Shown here one piece after another: positions 40,142 to 48,456 of a DNA stretch of 64,000 bases. The notes below the pieces were generated by a model. It saw only the letters and a list, made by a program, of their open reading frames with translations. It did not search any database and was not told the origin of the DNA. Source of the stretch: Bacteroidaceae bacterium (GTDB lineage: Bacteria > Bacteroidota > Bacteroidia > Bacteroidales > Bacteroidaceae); assembly GCA_017445145.1 (NCBI GenBank), contig JAFSVI010000144.1:36992-100991 (forward strand), written 5' to 3'. The translations under genes were made by a program, and so were the position numbers. Within the stretch, counting starts at the first letter, position 1. Every line of letters begins with the position of its first letter.

Positions 40142-40204
40142 GGGGCATCCCCGCCAGGACACGGCGCATCCCCGCCGGGGAGCGCCGCACACCCGGCGGG
40201 ACTG
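40142..40204. repeat. Three tandem 21-nt units related to the metH/cbiA repeat (same stem, different loop), intergenic
   Basis: ggggcatccccgccaggacac / ggcgcatccccgccggggagc / gccgcacacccggcgggactg. They are preceded by the 14-nt perfect palindrome gccccgcgcggggc (40126-40139). Confidence 0.85.
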
Positions 40205-40210
40205 GGCGTC

Positions 40211-40296
40211 GCGTGCCGCGGCAAGCGTGGCAACATGCCGCGGCGAATAACGCAACTTGCCGCGGCGAGTAATGCAACTTGCCGCGGACATCTGTG
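40211..40296. repeat. Iteron-like 22-nt direct repeats, each carrying the palindrome TGCCGCGG(CA)
   Basis: caacatgccgcggcgaataacg (40231), caacttgccgcggcgagtaatg (40253) and caacttgccgcggacatctgtg (40275), plus a partial gcgtgccgcggcaagcgtgg (40211). The palindromic cores are spaced exactly 22 nt apart. Confidence 0.85.
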
Positions 40297-40330
40297 GCGC
40301 GGGGCAAGCCCTGGCAGGCGCATGCGCACG

Positions 40331-40369
40331 AAAAAGCCCGCCCCTGGCCTTGGCGGCCGGAGGCGGGCT
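40331..40369 (-). terminator. Intrinsic terminator of the DUF2582 gene
   Basis: On the minus strand, AGCCCGCC-N19-GGCGGGCT is followed by TTTTT. Confidence 0.65.
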
Positions 40370-40447
40370 GTGGGAGAAAAGAAACCCCATGCGCTGCGTG
40401 CTGTGCGGCTGGCATGGGATGAGAATAGCGTTGATGGTGCCTGTGGC

Positions 40448-40648
40448 TTACTTGAGGCTGAAGACGGGCTCCTTCTCGTCGCCGGCGACGTTGAGCTTGT
40501 CCTCGCGCAGCAGCCAACCGATGCCAAGGAAGAGTTCCTTGTCGTTCTTGGCCTTAACGGTTTTCTTCAGATCCTTGGCGCTGAGGGCGCCGTTCTCGCT
40601 GAGGGCCGACCATACGGCACCTGCCATTTCTCCTGCTTTGTCAAACAT
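40448..40648 (-). CDS. Small winged-helix protein (DUF2582-like)
   Basis: ORF track 40448..40777, trimmed to MFDKAGEMAGAVWSALSENGALSAKDLKKTVKAKNDKELFLGIGWLLREDKLNVAGDEKEPVFSLK (66 aa). Confidence 0.6.
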   Translation of the reverse strand: MFDKAGEMAGAVWSALSENGALSAKDLKKTVKAKNDKELFLGIGWLLREDKLNVAGDEKEPVFSLK

Positions 40649-40793
40649 AGTCTTTTTTACCTTAATTGTGTTAATAAATGTAACGAATACTGACTCTATC
40701 GTCAAGAAAAGGCTTCGGAGACGGGGGTTAGACCTGAGCAGCCGCCGACAGGTCGGCGACCTCGGGCGCGGACGCACCCATCCAAAAGCGCGG

Positions 40794-40801
40794 CAAAGGT
40801 A
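40794..40801 (-). promoter_or_regulatory. -7 promoter box TACCTTTG (minus strand)
   Basis: The plus strand reads caaaggta. The box is 146 nt upstream of the DUF2582 ATG, which implies a long leader. Confidence 0.45.
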
Positions 40802-40891
40802 AGCAATTTTTTCGTAATGCGGGCCGCAGGACGCTATATTGGCGTATTATAGACCACAGTTGCCGACATATAGCACAGAAATATGTGTGCG

Positions 40892-41950
40892 TCAGCCTAT
40901 CATCTTGGTGATGCGCTGTTCCTCCGAGCGTTTGCAGATGAGGAGCGCGTCGCCGTGTTCAGCCACGATGTAGTCGTTGAGACCCTGGATGATGACCTTC
41001 TTCTCGCCCACGGTGTGGATGAGGCAGTTGGTAGTCTCGAAGAGTTGCACGTCGGGGCCCATGGCCACATTGCCGTTGGCGTCGGCCGGCAGCTGTTGCG
41101 AGAGCGAACCCCATGTGCCGATGTCGCTCCAACCGAAGCTGGCGGGGAAGACATAGACGTCGTCGGCCTTCTCCATCACGGCATAGTCGATGCTGATGCT
41201 CGGGCATTTGGGGAACTGCTCGTCGATGGCAGCCTGCTCGGCGGGGGTGCCATAGACGTGGGCCAGTTCCTCGAACACCTGGTTGATTTCGGGGGCATAG
41301 ATGCGCAGCTCGTTGACGATGGTCGAGACGCGGAACACGAAGATGCCGGCGTTCCAGAAGAAGCTCTTCTGGCGTATGTAGCGCTCGGCGGTGGCGGCGT
41401 TGGGCTTCTCGTGGAAGGCATCGACGCGGTAGATCTCGCGCTGGCGGGCGCAGGGCGCGCTGAGGTCGGCCTGGATGTAGCCGTAGCCCGTCTCGGGGCG
41501 CGTGGGCTGCATGCCGAGGGTGAGGATGCCGTCGGTCTCGGCGGCAAAGGCCAGCGCCAGTCGCGCCACGCGGCGGAACTCGTCGGTGTCGGTGACGACG
41601 TGGTCTGCCGGCGTGACGATGATGTTGGCGCGCGGGTCCTGGCTCTTGATGCGCCAGCTCACGTAGGCTATGCACGGAGCCGTGTTGCGGCGGCAGGGTT
41701 CGCAGAGGATGTGGTCGCGGCGCAGCTGTGGCAACTGGCGGGCCACGATGTCGGCATAGTCGCGGCTGGTGACGACCCAGGTGTTCTCTGCCGGGCAGAT
41801 GCCGGCGAAGCGGTCGGCGGTCTGCTGGATGAGCGTGCGCCCGGTTGCCAGCGGGTCAATGAATTGTTTTGGGCACTGCTGGGTGCTCATGGGCCAGAAG
41901 CGGCTGCCCACGCCTCCGGCCATGATGACGAGGTGGTTGTTGGCGTCCAT
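40892..41950 (-). CDS. manC: Mannose-1-phosphate guanylyltransferase
   Basis: MDANNHLVIMAGGVGSRFWPMSTQQCPKQF..EPCRRNTAPCI..TPADH..GYGYIQ... Confidence 0.85.
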   Translation of the reverse strand: MDANNHLVIMAGGVGSRFWPMSTQQCPKQFIDPLATGRTLIQQTADRFAGICPAENTWVVTSRDYADIVARQLPQLRRDHILCEPCRRNTAPCIAYVSWRIKSQDPRANIIVTPADHVVTDTDEFRRVARLALAFAAETDGILTLGMQPTRPETGYGYIQADLSAPCARQREIYRVDAFHEKPNAATAERYIRQKSFFWNAGIFVFRVSTIVNELRIYAPEINQVFEELAHVYGTPAEQAAIDEQFPKCPSISIDYAVMEKADDVYVFPASFGWSDIGTWGSLSQQLPADANGNVAMGPDVQLFETTNCLIHTVGEKKVIIQGLNDYIVAEHGDALLICKRSEEQRITKMIG

Positions 41951-41978
41951 GGGAGTATGTGGCTTGAATTTGAGGTTG

Positions 41979-41986
41979 CAAAATTA
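41979..41986 (-). promoter_or_regulatory. -7 promoter box TAATTTTG (minus strand)
   Basis: The plus strand reads caaaatta. The box is 29 nt upstream of the manC ATG. Confidence 0.5.
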
Positions 41987-42091
41987 GTGGTTTTGTTGCT
42001 ACGAGGCAACAAGACGGTGCCCTTTTCTTTGAAAATAAGTGAAAACAGGCAAAAAAAAGTAATTACGCTTGGCAGAATCGGAAAAACGGCG

Positions 42092-42099
42092 TATATTTG
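42092..42099 (+). promoter_or_regulatory. -7 promoter box TATATTTG (plus strand)
   Basis: The box is 64 nt upstream of the response-regulator ATG. It is the likely promoter of the polysaccharide locus. Confidence 0.5.
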
Positions 42100-42162
42100 C
42101 GCAGTTTTGGCGTTATGGCCAAGGGCGTGTTTACGCCAAATGTGTATAACCATACATCTACT

Positions 42163-42525
42163 ATGAAAAAGAAAATCCTCATCCTCGATGACAAGGAGAC
42201 CATAGCAAAGGTGCTCTCCATCTACCTCCAGAGCGAGTTCCAGTGTACGTGGCTGCCCGACGGCCTGCAGGGCGTGAAATGGCTGCAGGACGGCAACACG
42301 CCCGACCTCATCATCAGCGACATACGCATGCCGGGCATGCGCGGCGACGAGTTCCTTGAGTGGATCAAGCAGAACGACCTGTTCAAGCACATCCCCGTCA
42401 TCATGCTCTCGAGCGAGGACAGCACGAGCGAGCGCATCAAGCTGCTGGAGGTGGGCGCTGCCGACTACATCGTCAAGCCCTTCAACCCCATGGAGCTGAA
42501 GATACGCATCAAGAAAATCATCTGA
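42163..42525 (+). CDS. Stand-alone response-regulator receiver (CheY-like) protein
   Basis: ORF track 42097..42525, trimmed to MKKKILILDDKETIAKVL..DLIISDIRMPGMRGDEF..VIMLSS..GAADYIVKPF... All canonical receiver residues are present and there is no output domain. Confidence 0.85.
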   Translation: MKKKILILDDKETIAKVLSIYLQSEFQCTWLPDGLQGVKWLQDGNTPDLIISDIRMPGMRGDEFLEWIKQNDLFKHIPVIMLSSEDSTSERIKLLEVGAADYIVKPFNPMELKIRIKKII

Positions 42526-42553
42526 CGCCCGCTGCCACCACCGCCTTAAGCCC

Positions 42554-43711
42554 ATGTTAAGCATTATTTACCTCGGCAACGACGGGAGGATGAAGTCGGC
42601 ACTGGGATTCCTGCCGGGCTACTCCGTGCGCATGGCACGCAACTACAGGGAGCTTGCACCCGAGCGCGGCGGCGACGACGCCGCGACCAACCACCTCATC
42701 TTCATCGAGCGCCACAGCCGCCAGGAGGACCTCACCGCCATCTCCTTCGTCAAGATGCATGTGCCACGCACATACATCATACTCATCTCGCCGCCACTGG
42801 GCAGCAGCGAACGGGTGGTGTATCTCGGCGCGGGTGTCAATGACACCATTGCCGACGCGGCCAGCATCAGCGACATCCACCAGAAGGTGGCCTTCGTCGA
42901 TGACCATGCCGACCAGCTCTTTGCCGACGTGGTGGTGCAGCGGCGCCTCTTCCAGTTCCGCATACCGGCGTGGAAGCGCCTCTTCGACATCGTGTTCTCG
43001 CTCACGGCACTCATCGTCCTGGCGCCGGTGTTCCTCGCCACGGCCATTGCCATACGCCTCGAAAGTCCCGGCCGGGTGTGGTACAAGAGCAAGCGCGTAG
43101 GGGCCAACTACAAGGTGTTCGACTTCCTCAAGTTCCGGAGCATGCGACCCGATGCCGACGCACACCTCAAGGACCTTGCGGCACTGAACCAGTATGGCGG
43201 ACAGACGGAGGCCCCGGCATCCGTCAGCAGCGAGGCGGCACTGGAGACGCTCATCGCCAACCCCGGCACACCGATTCTCATCGGCGACGACGGCATGGTG
43301 CTGGCCGACGACTTCGAGCGCCAGCGCGAGGCCGAGCGCAGCGCCGCCTTTGTCAAGATCGAAAACGACCCGCGCATCACACGCGTGGGGCGCTTCATAC
43401 GCAAATACAGCATCGACGAGCTGCCGCAGCTCATCAACATCCTACGCGGCGACATGAGCGTCGTGGGCAACCGGCCACTGCCGCTCTACGAGGCCGAGAA
43501 GCTCACCGACGACGACAGCATTGACCGCTTCATAGCCCCGGCGGGCCTCACCGGCCTCTGGCAGGTGATGAAGCGCGGCGACAGCGGGCGCCTCAGCGCC
43601 GACGAGCGCAAGCAGCTCGACATCACCTACGCCAAGACCTACAGCTTCGCCCTCGACTGCAAGATACTGCTCAAGACCGTCACCGCATTCATACAGAAGG
43701 AAAACGTTTGA
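42554..43711 (+). CDS. Initiating phosphoglycosyl transferase (bacterial sugar transferase family) with a degenerate receiver-like N-terminal domain
   Basis: The C-terminal part is ..[86 protein letters not shown]... The N-terminal roughly 120 aa align with the neighbouring receiver but with ND for DD, HLIFIE for DLIISD, and no conserved Lys. Confidence 0.8.
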   Translation: MLSIIYLGNDGRMKSALGFLPGYSVRMARNYRELAPERGGDDAATNHLIFIERHSRQEDLTAISFVKMHVPRTYIILISPPLGSSERVVYLGAGVNDTIADAASISDIHQKVAFVDDHADQLFADVVVQRRLFQFRIPAWKRLFDIVFSLTALIVLAPVFLATAIAIRLESPGRVWYKSKRVGANYKVFDFLKFRSMRPDADAHLKDLAALNQYGGQTEAPASVSSEAALETLIANPGTPILIGDDGMVLADDFERQREAERSAAFVKIENDPRITRVGRFIRKYSIDELPQLINILRGDMSVVGNRPLPLYEAEKLTDDDSIDRFIAPAGLTGLWQVMKRGDSGRLSADERKQLDITYAKTYSFALDCKILLKTVTAFIQKENV

Positions 43712-43821
43712 ACCATCCCACACTACATATATATAATGAACGCCATAATTACCTCCGTTCATTGTGCGGCTTTCCAAGCCGCAACGCCAAAATTAAAGAA
43801 AACATTAATGTCCTTTACTTT

Positions 43822-44646
43822 ATGTACAGACGCACAATAACGGCAATAGCCGTGGCACTCGCGGCCGCTGGCGCCCACGCTCAGGACGTCGAACGCCAGC
43901 GCGACGGCGCCACCAACGAGGACAATGGCATCGTGGCCGGATTCTTCGACACGGCCGACGGCTCCAAAATCAACTTCTCCGAATTCAAGCTCCCGCCACT
44001 GAGCGAGCTGTTTGCCAACGCGCGCACCAACCCCTCGGTGGAGATGATTGCACGCGAGGAGGAGATACAGCGCGAACTCATCAAGAAGGAGAAGCGGAGC
44101 CTGCTCGAATACATCAGCGTGCATGCCAACTACACCTACGGCATCATGGACAACTATGGCAGCAACTCCACCGTCACCTCGCCCATCTACTACCAGTACA
44201 TGGGGTCGAAGCAAAGCTACTGGAACGTGGGGGCGAGATTCCACATGCAGCTCGACGAGGGCTTCGACTACCGCGGGCGCATACGCCGCCAGAAGCTCGC
44301 CGCCGAGAAGGTGCGCATGGAGAAGGAGAAGGCTTTCGAGGAACTCAAGCAGAAGATAGCATCGCTCTACGTCAGCATAACCAACAAAATCATCGCCCTC
44401 AAGACCGCCGGCGAGAACGCAGCCGCATACAAGGGCGCCGGCATGCTCACCGACCAGGAGTTCAAGATGGGCGACGTCACCGTGCGCGACCTCGCCGAGA
44501 CAAAGCGATGGGAGAACGAGGCCGTGGGCAACTACCAGACGCTGCAGGCGCAGATCGAGCAGGACATACTCATCCTCGAGATCATCACCAACACACCCAT
44601 CATAACCAACGCGGCAGCCGACGTGCACGTTGACAGCGGCAACTGA
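43822..44646 (+). CDS. Half-size TolC-like outer-membrane-factor protein (single OEP repeat)
   Basis: ORF track 43708..44646, trimmed to MYRRTITAIAVALAAAGAHAQ (signal peptide). It has long heptad-like helices flanking a short beta segment (..ISVHANYTYGI..YWNVGARFHMQL..). At 274 aa it is about half the size of a canonical OMF, which I recall as roughly 450 aa. Confidence 0.55.
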   Translation: MYRRTITAIAVALAAAGAHAQDVERQRDGATNEDNGIVAGFFDTADGSKINFSEFKLPPLSELFANARTNPSVEMIAREEEIQRELIKKEKRSLLEYISVHANYTYGIMDNYGSNSTVTSPIYYQYMGSKQSYWNVGARFHMQLDEGFDYRGRIRRQKLAAEKVRMEKEKAFEELKQKIASLYVSITNKIIALKTAGENAAAYKGAGMLTDQEFKMGDVTVRDLAETKRWENEAVGNYQTLQAQIEQDILILEIITNTPIITNAAADVHVDSGN

Positions 44647-44692
44647 CGCACCACGCCCATACCACACCCGACTGACACCTAAACTAACGACA

Positions 44693-46855
44693 ATGGAAAT
44701 CATACAATATATCTCACGATTCCTCTACCGCATACGCTGGTACCTGCTCATCATCCCGCTCATAGCCGTCATCGTGGCTTGGATGCTCACCCGCGAGATT
44801 CCCAAGAAGTTCGACGTCGAGACAACCATCTACACCGGCATCATCTCAGGCTACACGCTCGAAGGCTCCGTCTCGGTCAACTCAAGGGTGAACATGGCCA
44901 ACCTGCTCAACATCATACAGACCGAGAACACCATCAAGCGCGTGGCAACACGCCTGCTCGCCAGATGCCTCATGTACGGCGACCCCGAGCACGACAACAA
45001 CTACATCAGCGCAGAGCACTTCCGCGCACTCGAGGCCGCAACGCCCGTCGAGGTGAAAGCGCTCGTCGATAAGCGCAGCGAGACACACACCACCGACAAC
45101 CTCACCGCCTACGCTCACCCAACGCCCGGCAACTTCGTCTATGGCATTCTCGAGCGACATCCCTACTTCGGCGTGCGCTCCATCGCCAGCAAGCTCATCG
45201 TGGCGCAGATGGGCGAGAGCGACATGATCCACATAGCCTACTCCAGTGACGATGCCGGCATAGCATTCAACACGCTCGAGATACTCAACGAGGAATTTAT
45301 CAACCAGTACCAGACCATTCGCTTCGGCGAGACGAACAACGTCATCAAGTTCTACGAGGGGCAGGTCAACCGCCTCTACCGCATACTCTGTGCCAGCGAG
45401 GAAAACCTCATCAACTACAACATCAGCAAGCGCATCATCAACTACGGCGAACAGACAAAGCAGGTCGCCATACTCGACGCCGCCCACAAGACCATGCAGA
45501 ACGGGCAGCTCATGTCGTACACCGCCGAGAAGGCCATACTCGACTACCTCGAGGCACAGATGGGCGACCGCGTCAACCTCTTCCGCCAGAACGAGGAGTT
45601 CATACAGTCGCAGCAGCGAATATCAAAGCTCATGTCGCGAGTGAGCAACATGCAGCTCATGGCCGAGGAAAACGACGCACAGGCCATTGGCGAGCTGCAA
45701 CGCGCCCGCCGCGAGCTGCAGGAGGAGGAGAACCACGTGCGCGAACTCACCGAACGCATAGCGCAGAACAACGCCGGCAGCAGCAACGGCGTGCGCAAGG
45801 ACGACCTCATGAAAACGTGGCTCGAGCAGTCGCTCAAGACGCTCACCACAGAGGCCGAGATGCGCACCATGAACATCATGCGACGCAACATCGACGACGA
45901 CTTCCTCTACTTCTCGCCCATCGGCGCCACCCTCAACCGCAAGGAGCGCCACATAGGATTCGTCGAGAGCAACTACATGGAGATGCTGCGAGCACTCAAT
46001 GCCGCACGCCTCCGCCTGAAGAACCTGCAGATGACCACTGCCACACTGCGAGTGCTCAACCCGCCAATGTTCCCCATCAACTCAGCACCCAACAACCGCC
46101 TCATGGTGTTGCTGGCATCGTTCTTCATCTCGCTGCTGGCCACGGCGGCATACTTCTTCGTCATAGAGCTGCTCGACCGCACACTGCGCGACCGACGGCG
46201 CACAGAGCACCTCACCAAGTGCCCCGTCATAGGCTGCTACCCGCAGGAGAGCTCGCTGCGCTACCGCAAATACAACAAGGTCATTGCCGACATGGCCATA
46301 CGCCAGCTCAGCAAAGCGCTGCTCCCACACATCGACAACGGCGGGCGCAACATCATCAACCTGCTATCCACAGCACCCGGCGACGGCAAGAGCTATGTGG
46401 CCAACGAGCTCGAGGAACTGTGGATGTCGATGGGCCTGCAGGTGCGACGCATCACCTACGACGAGGACTTCCTCACCGACGATGCCACATACATCCTCGC
46501 ACAGCGCGTCGAGGACCTGTGCCCCGACTTCGACGAGAAGGAGGTGCTCATCATCGAGTACCCGCCGCTCGACGAGCACGAGGTGCCGCCAACGCTCATC
46601 AACCAGGGCACGCTCAACATCGTCGTGGCCAGGGCCAACCGCACATGGAAGGACATCGACGACAAGGCGCTGCGAGCACTGCTCTCACGCCTCATCGACA
46701 AGAGCAACATCTTCTTCTATCTCACGGAGGCCGGACGCGAGGCCGTGCAGGAGTTCACCGGACAGCTGCCGCCATACACGCCCTTCAAGAACTTCACCTA
46801 CCGCATGTCGCAACTCGGGCTGACAGCCTCGGAGAATGCCCCAAGGGGCAAATAA
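44693..46855 (+). CDS. Polysaccharide co-polymerase (Wzz/GumC-like) fused to a degenerate BY-kinase-like P-loop domain
   Basis: ORF track 44630..46855, trimmed to MEIIQYISRFLYRIRWYLLIIPLIAVIVAWML (TM1). It has a long coiled-coil periplasmic region and a second TM (LMVLLASFFISLLATAAYFFVI). The C-terminus has ..LLSTAPGDGKSYVA.. and ..VLIIEYPPLDE... There is no C-terminal Tyr cluster. Confidence 0.7.
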   Translation: MEIIQYISRFLYRIRWYLLIIPLIAVIVAWMLTREIPKKFDVETTIYTGIISGYTLEGSVSVNSRVNMANLLNIIQTENTIKRVATRLLARCLMYGDPEHDNNYISAEHFRALEAATPVEVKALVDKRSETHTTDNLTAYAHPTPGNFVYGILERHPYFGVRSIASKLIVAQMGESDMIHIAYSSDDAGIAFNTLEILNEEFINQYQTIRFGETNNVIKFYEGQVNRLYRILCASEENLINYNISKRIINYGEQTKQVAILDAAHKTMQNGQLMSYTAEKAILDYLEAQMGDRVNLFRQNEEFIQSQQRISKLMSRVSNMQLMAEENDAQAIGELQRARRELQEEENHVRELTERIAQNNAGSSNGVRKDDLMKTWLEQSLKTLTTEAEMRTMNIMRRNIDDDFLYFSPIGATLNRKERHIGFVESNYMEMLRALNAARLRLKNLQMTTATLRVLNPPMFPINSAPNNRLMVLLASFFISLLATAAYFFVIELLDRTLRDRRRTEHLTKCPVIGCYPQESSLRYRKYNKVIADMAIRQLSKALLPHIDNGGRNIINLLSTAPGDGKSYVANELEELWMSMGLQVRRITYDEDFLTDDATYILAQRVEDLCPDFDEKEVLIIEYPPLDEHEVPPTLINQGTLNIVVARANRTWKDIDDKALRALLSRLIDKSNIFFYLTEAGREAVQEFTGQLPPYTPFKNFTYRMSQLGLTASENAPRGK

Positions 46856-46867
46856 GCCCACACGCCC

Positions 46868-48433
46868 ATGCCGCAACGCGATGCCGACACCAACCACGGC
46901 GCCACAGCCGCCACGCCGACGACGAAGCACGACAGCCCCCGCACGCTGCCGCTCATCTTCATCGCTGGCTTCACTGTCAACTACCTGCTCATGGGCCTCA
47001 GCCGCTATGGATACATGCTGCCCATACCGACGTCGGCACACGTCGAACTCGCATACCTCGTGCTCATAGCCTACGGAGCAGCCCACGCACAGCGATGGGG
47101 CACCGGCGCCAGCCGTGCCATGGGGCCGATGATTGGCATCTACCTCGCGTGGACGTTCTTCTCAACCATTCAGGCCGTGAACCTGAGCAGCGAGATCGAC
47201 TTCTCAACCATCATCACGCGATGGCTGGCCGAATACCGCACCATGACGCTGCAGGTGTTCTGGGCATTCATGGTCAACGGCCTCTACTTCAAGCGCATGG
47301 AGCAGGTGCGCGCCCTCTACCGCCTATGGGCCCTGCTCACCATAGTGGCCGTGGCGTGGGGCTTGCGCCAGCAGTTTGGGGGCTTCGACCGCGCCGAGTG
47401 GGCTTGGCTCCTCGCTGTGGGCATGAAGACTCACTTTGTCAATGGCATCATACGCTACTTCTCCTTCTTCTCCGAAGCGGCCAACTACGGATGCTGCATG
47501 GGGGCATCGACAGTGGTGTTCGGGGTGCTCTTCCTAACCACGACGTCGTCCAAACGCGACAGGATGCTCTTCGGCCTGGCTGCCGCAGCCGCGCTCTACG
47601 GCATGATGGCCTCCGGCGCGCGGGCTGCCATCTTCGTGCTCGCCGCCGGACTCATGGCCTACTGCGTCATCTCCAAGCGCATAAGCACCCTCATAGCCAC
47701 CATGGTCGTCGGAGGTCTCTTCGTGGGCTTCCTCATGCTCACCGACATCGGACAGGGCAACGCCATGATACGCCGCATGCGCTCGGCCTTCAACAAGGAG
47801 GACAACTCGCTCGCTGTGCGCGAAATCAACAAGGCAACCATGAAGCGGTACATCGACGCCATGCCTTTTGGCCTCGGCGCCGGCATCCGCAACAGCGACG
47901 TGCCGCCAAGCAACAAGAACCACTACCTGGCCACCGTGCCGCCCGACTCCACATGGGTTTATGTCGATATCCACTACGGCCACCTCGGACAGCTGCTCTT
48001 CCTGCTCTCCTTCGGCGGCATGATAGCCATCGGGGGCATGAAGGTGCTCTTCAACATCCGCGACCCGGAGCTGAGCGGGCAGATGGCGGCCATCGTCGCC
48101 GGCTCCTTCGCCATGTTCGTGGCGGGATATGCCAACCAAATCATGTTGCAGTTCCCCAACACATGGCTCTTCTTCGGCAACCTATCCCTCGTGGCACTGG
48201 CCGAGGAGATGGAGCAGCAGCGCAATGCCGACCTCGCGGCAGCTCAGGGCAACGCCCCGCATACGGCCGAGACGGCACACCACAGCATCTTCCCGCTCGA
48301 GAGCCAGCCACCACTCGCCTACCCGCTCGACAACCCACCCGCCAGCCAGGCTCCACTCGACACCCAAACGCCTGTCGCCTTCCCGCTCGACAACCTACCC
48401 GCCGACATCTTCCCACTCGACCACAAAGCATAG
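46868..48433 (+). CDS. O-antigen ligase/polymerase-like (Wzy_C domain) polytopic membrane protein with a C-terminal decapeptide-repeat tail
   Basis: 521 aa with many hydrophobic segments. ..LYGMMASGARAAIFVLAAGL.. is a Wzy_C-like loop/helix. The tail is FPLESQPPLA YPLDNPPASQ APLDTQTPVA FPLDNLPADI FPLDHKA. Confidence 0.65.
   Translation: MPQRDADTNHGATAATPTTKHDSPRTLPLIFIAGFTVNYLLMGLSRYGYMLPIPTSAHVELAYLVLIAYGAAHAQRWGTGASRAMGPMIGIYLAWTFFSTIQAVNLSSEIDFSTIITRWLAEYRTMTLQVFWAFMVNGLYFKRMEQVRALYRLWALLTIVAVAWGLRQQFGGFDRAEWAWLLAVGMKTHFVNGIIRYFSFFSEAANYGCCMGASTVVFGVLFLTTTSSKRDRMLFGLAAAAALYGMMASGARAAIFVLAAGLMAYCVISKRISTLIATMVVGGLFVGFLMLTDIGQGNAMIRRMRSAFNKEDNSLAVREINKATMKRYIDAMPFGLGAGIRNSDVPPSNKNHYLATVPPDSTWVYVDIHYGHLGQLLFLLSFGGMIAIGGMKVLFNIRDPELSGQMAAIVAGSFAMFVAGYANQIMLQFPNTWLFFGNLSLVALAEEMEQQRNADLAAAQGNAPHTAETAHHSIFPLESQPPLAYPLDNPPASQAPLDTQTPVAFPLDNLPADIFPLDHKA
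48291..48420 (+). repeat. Five copies of a 30-nt degenerate tandem repeat (core YCCRCTCGA) at the 3' end of the Wzy-like gene
   Basis: The core recurs at 48291, 48321, 48351, 48381 and 48411, an exact 30-nt period. Confidence 0.85.
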
Positions 48434-48456
48434 CGCTCAACCCAAACTCAAACGTC

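Noticed and set aside
40082-40802. ORFs 40082..40693, 40257..40802, 40107..40517 and 40114..40527 spanning the repeat-rich intergenic region
   Set aside because: They run through tandem repeats, a terminator and the DUF2582 gene in the wrong frame or strand. Their repeat-derived peptides (GASPPG..) are by-products of the DNA repeat.
36243-42166. Long plus-strand ORFs 36243..37763, 38102..39310, 39453..40250 and 40883..42166
   Set aside because: All are antisense to the clearly homologous gcvPA, gcvT, lplA and manC genes.
45817-48456. The 5' 880 codons of the 1200-aa plus-strand ORF 45817..49419
   Set aside because: It overlaps the well-supported Wzz-like and Wzy-like genes in another frame. 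Its translation is Arg/His/Pro/Ala-rich with no recognisable domains. Only the last 320 codons (from the ATG at 48457) look like a real GT2.
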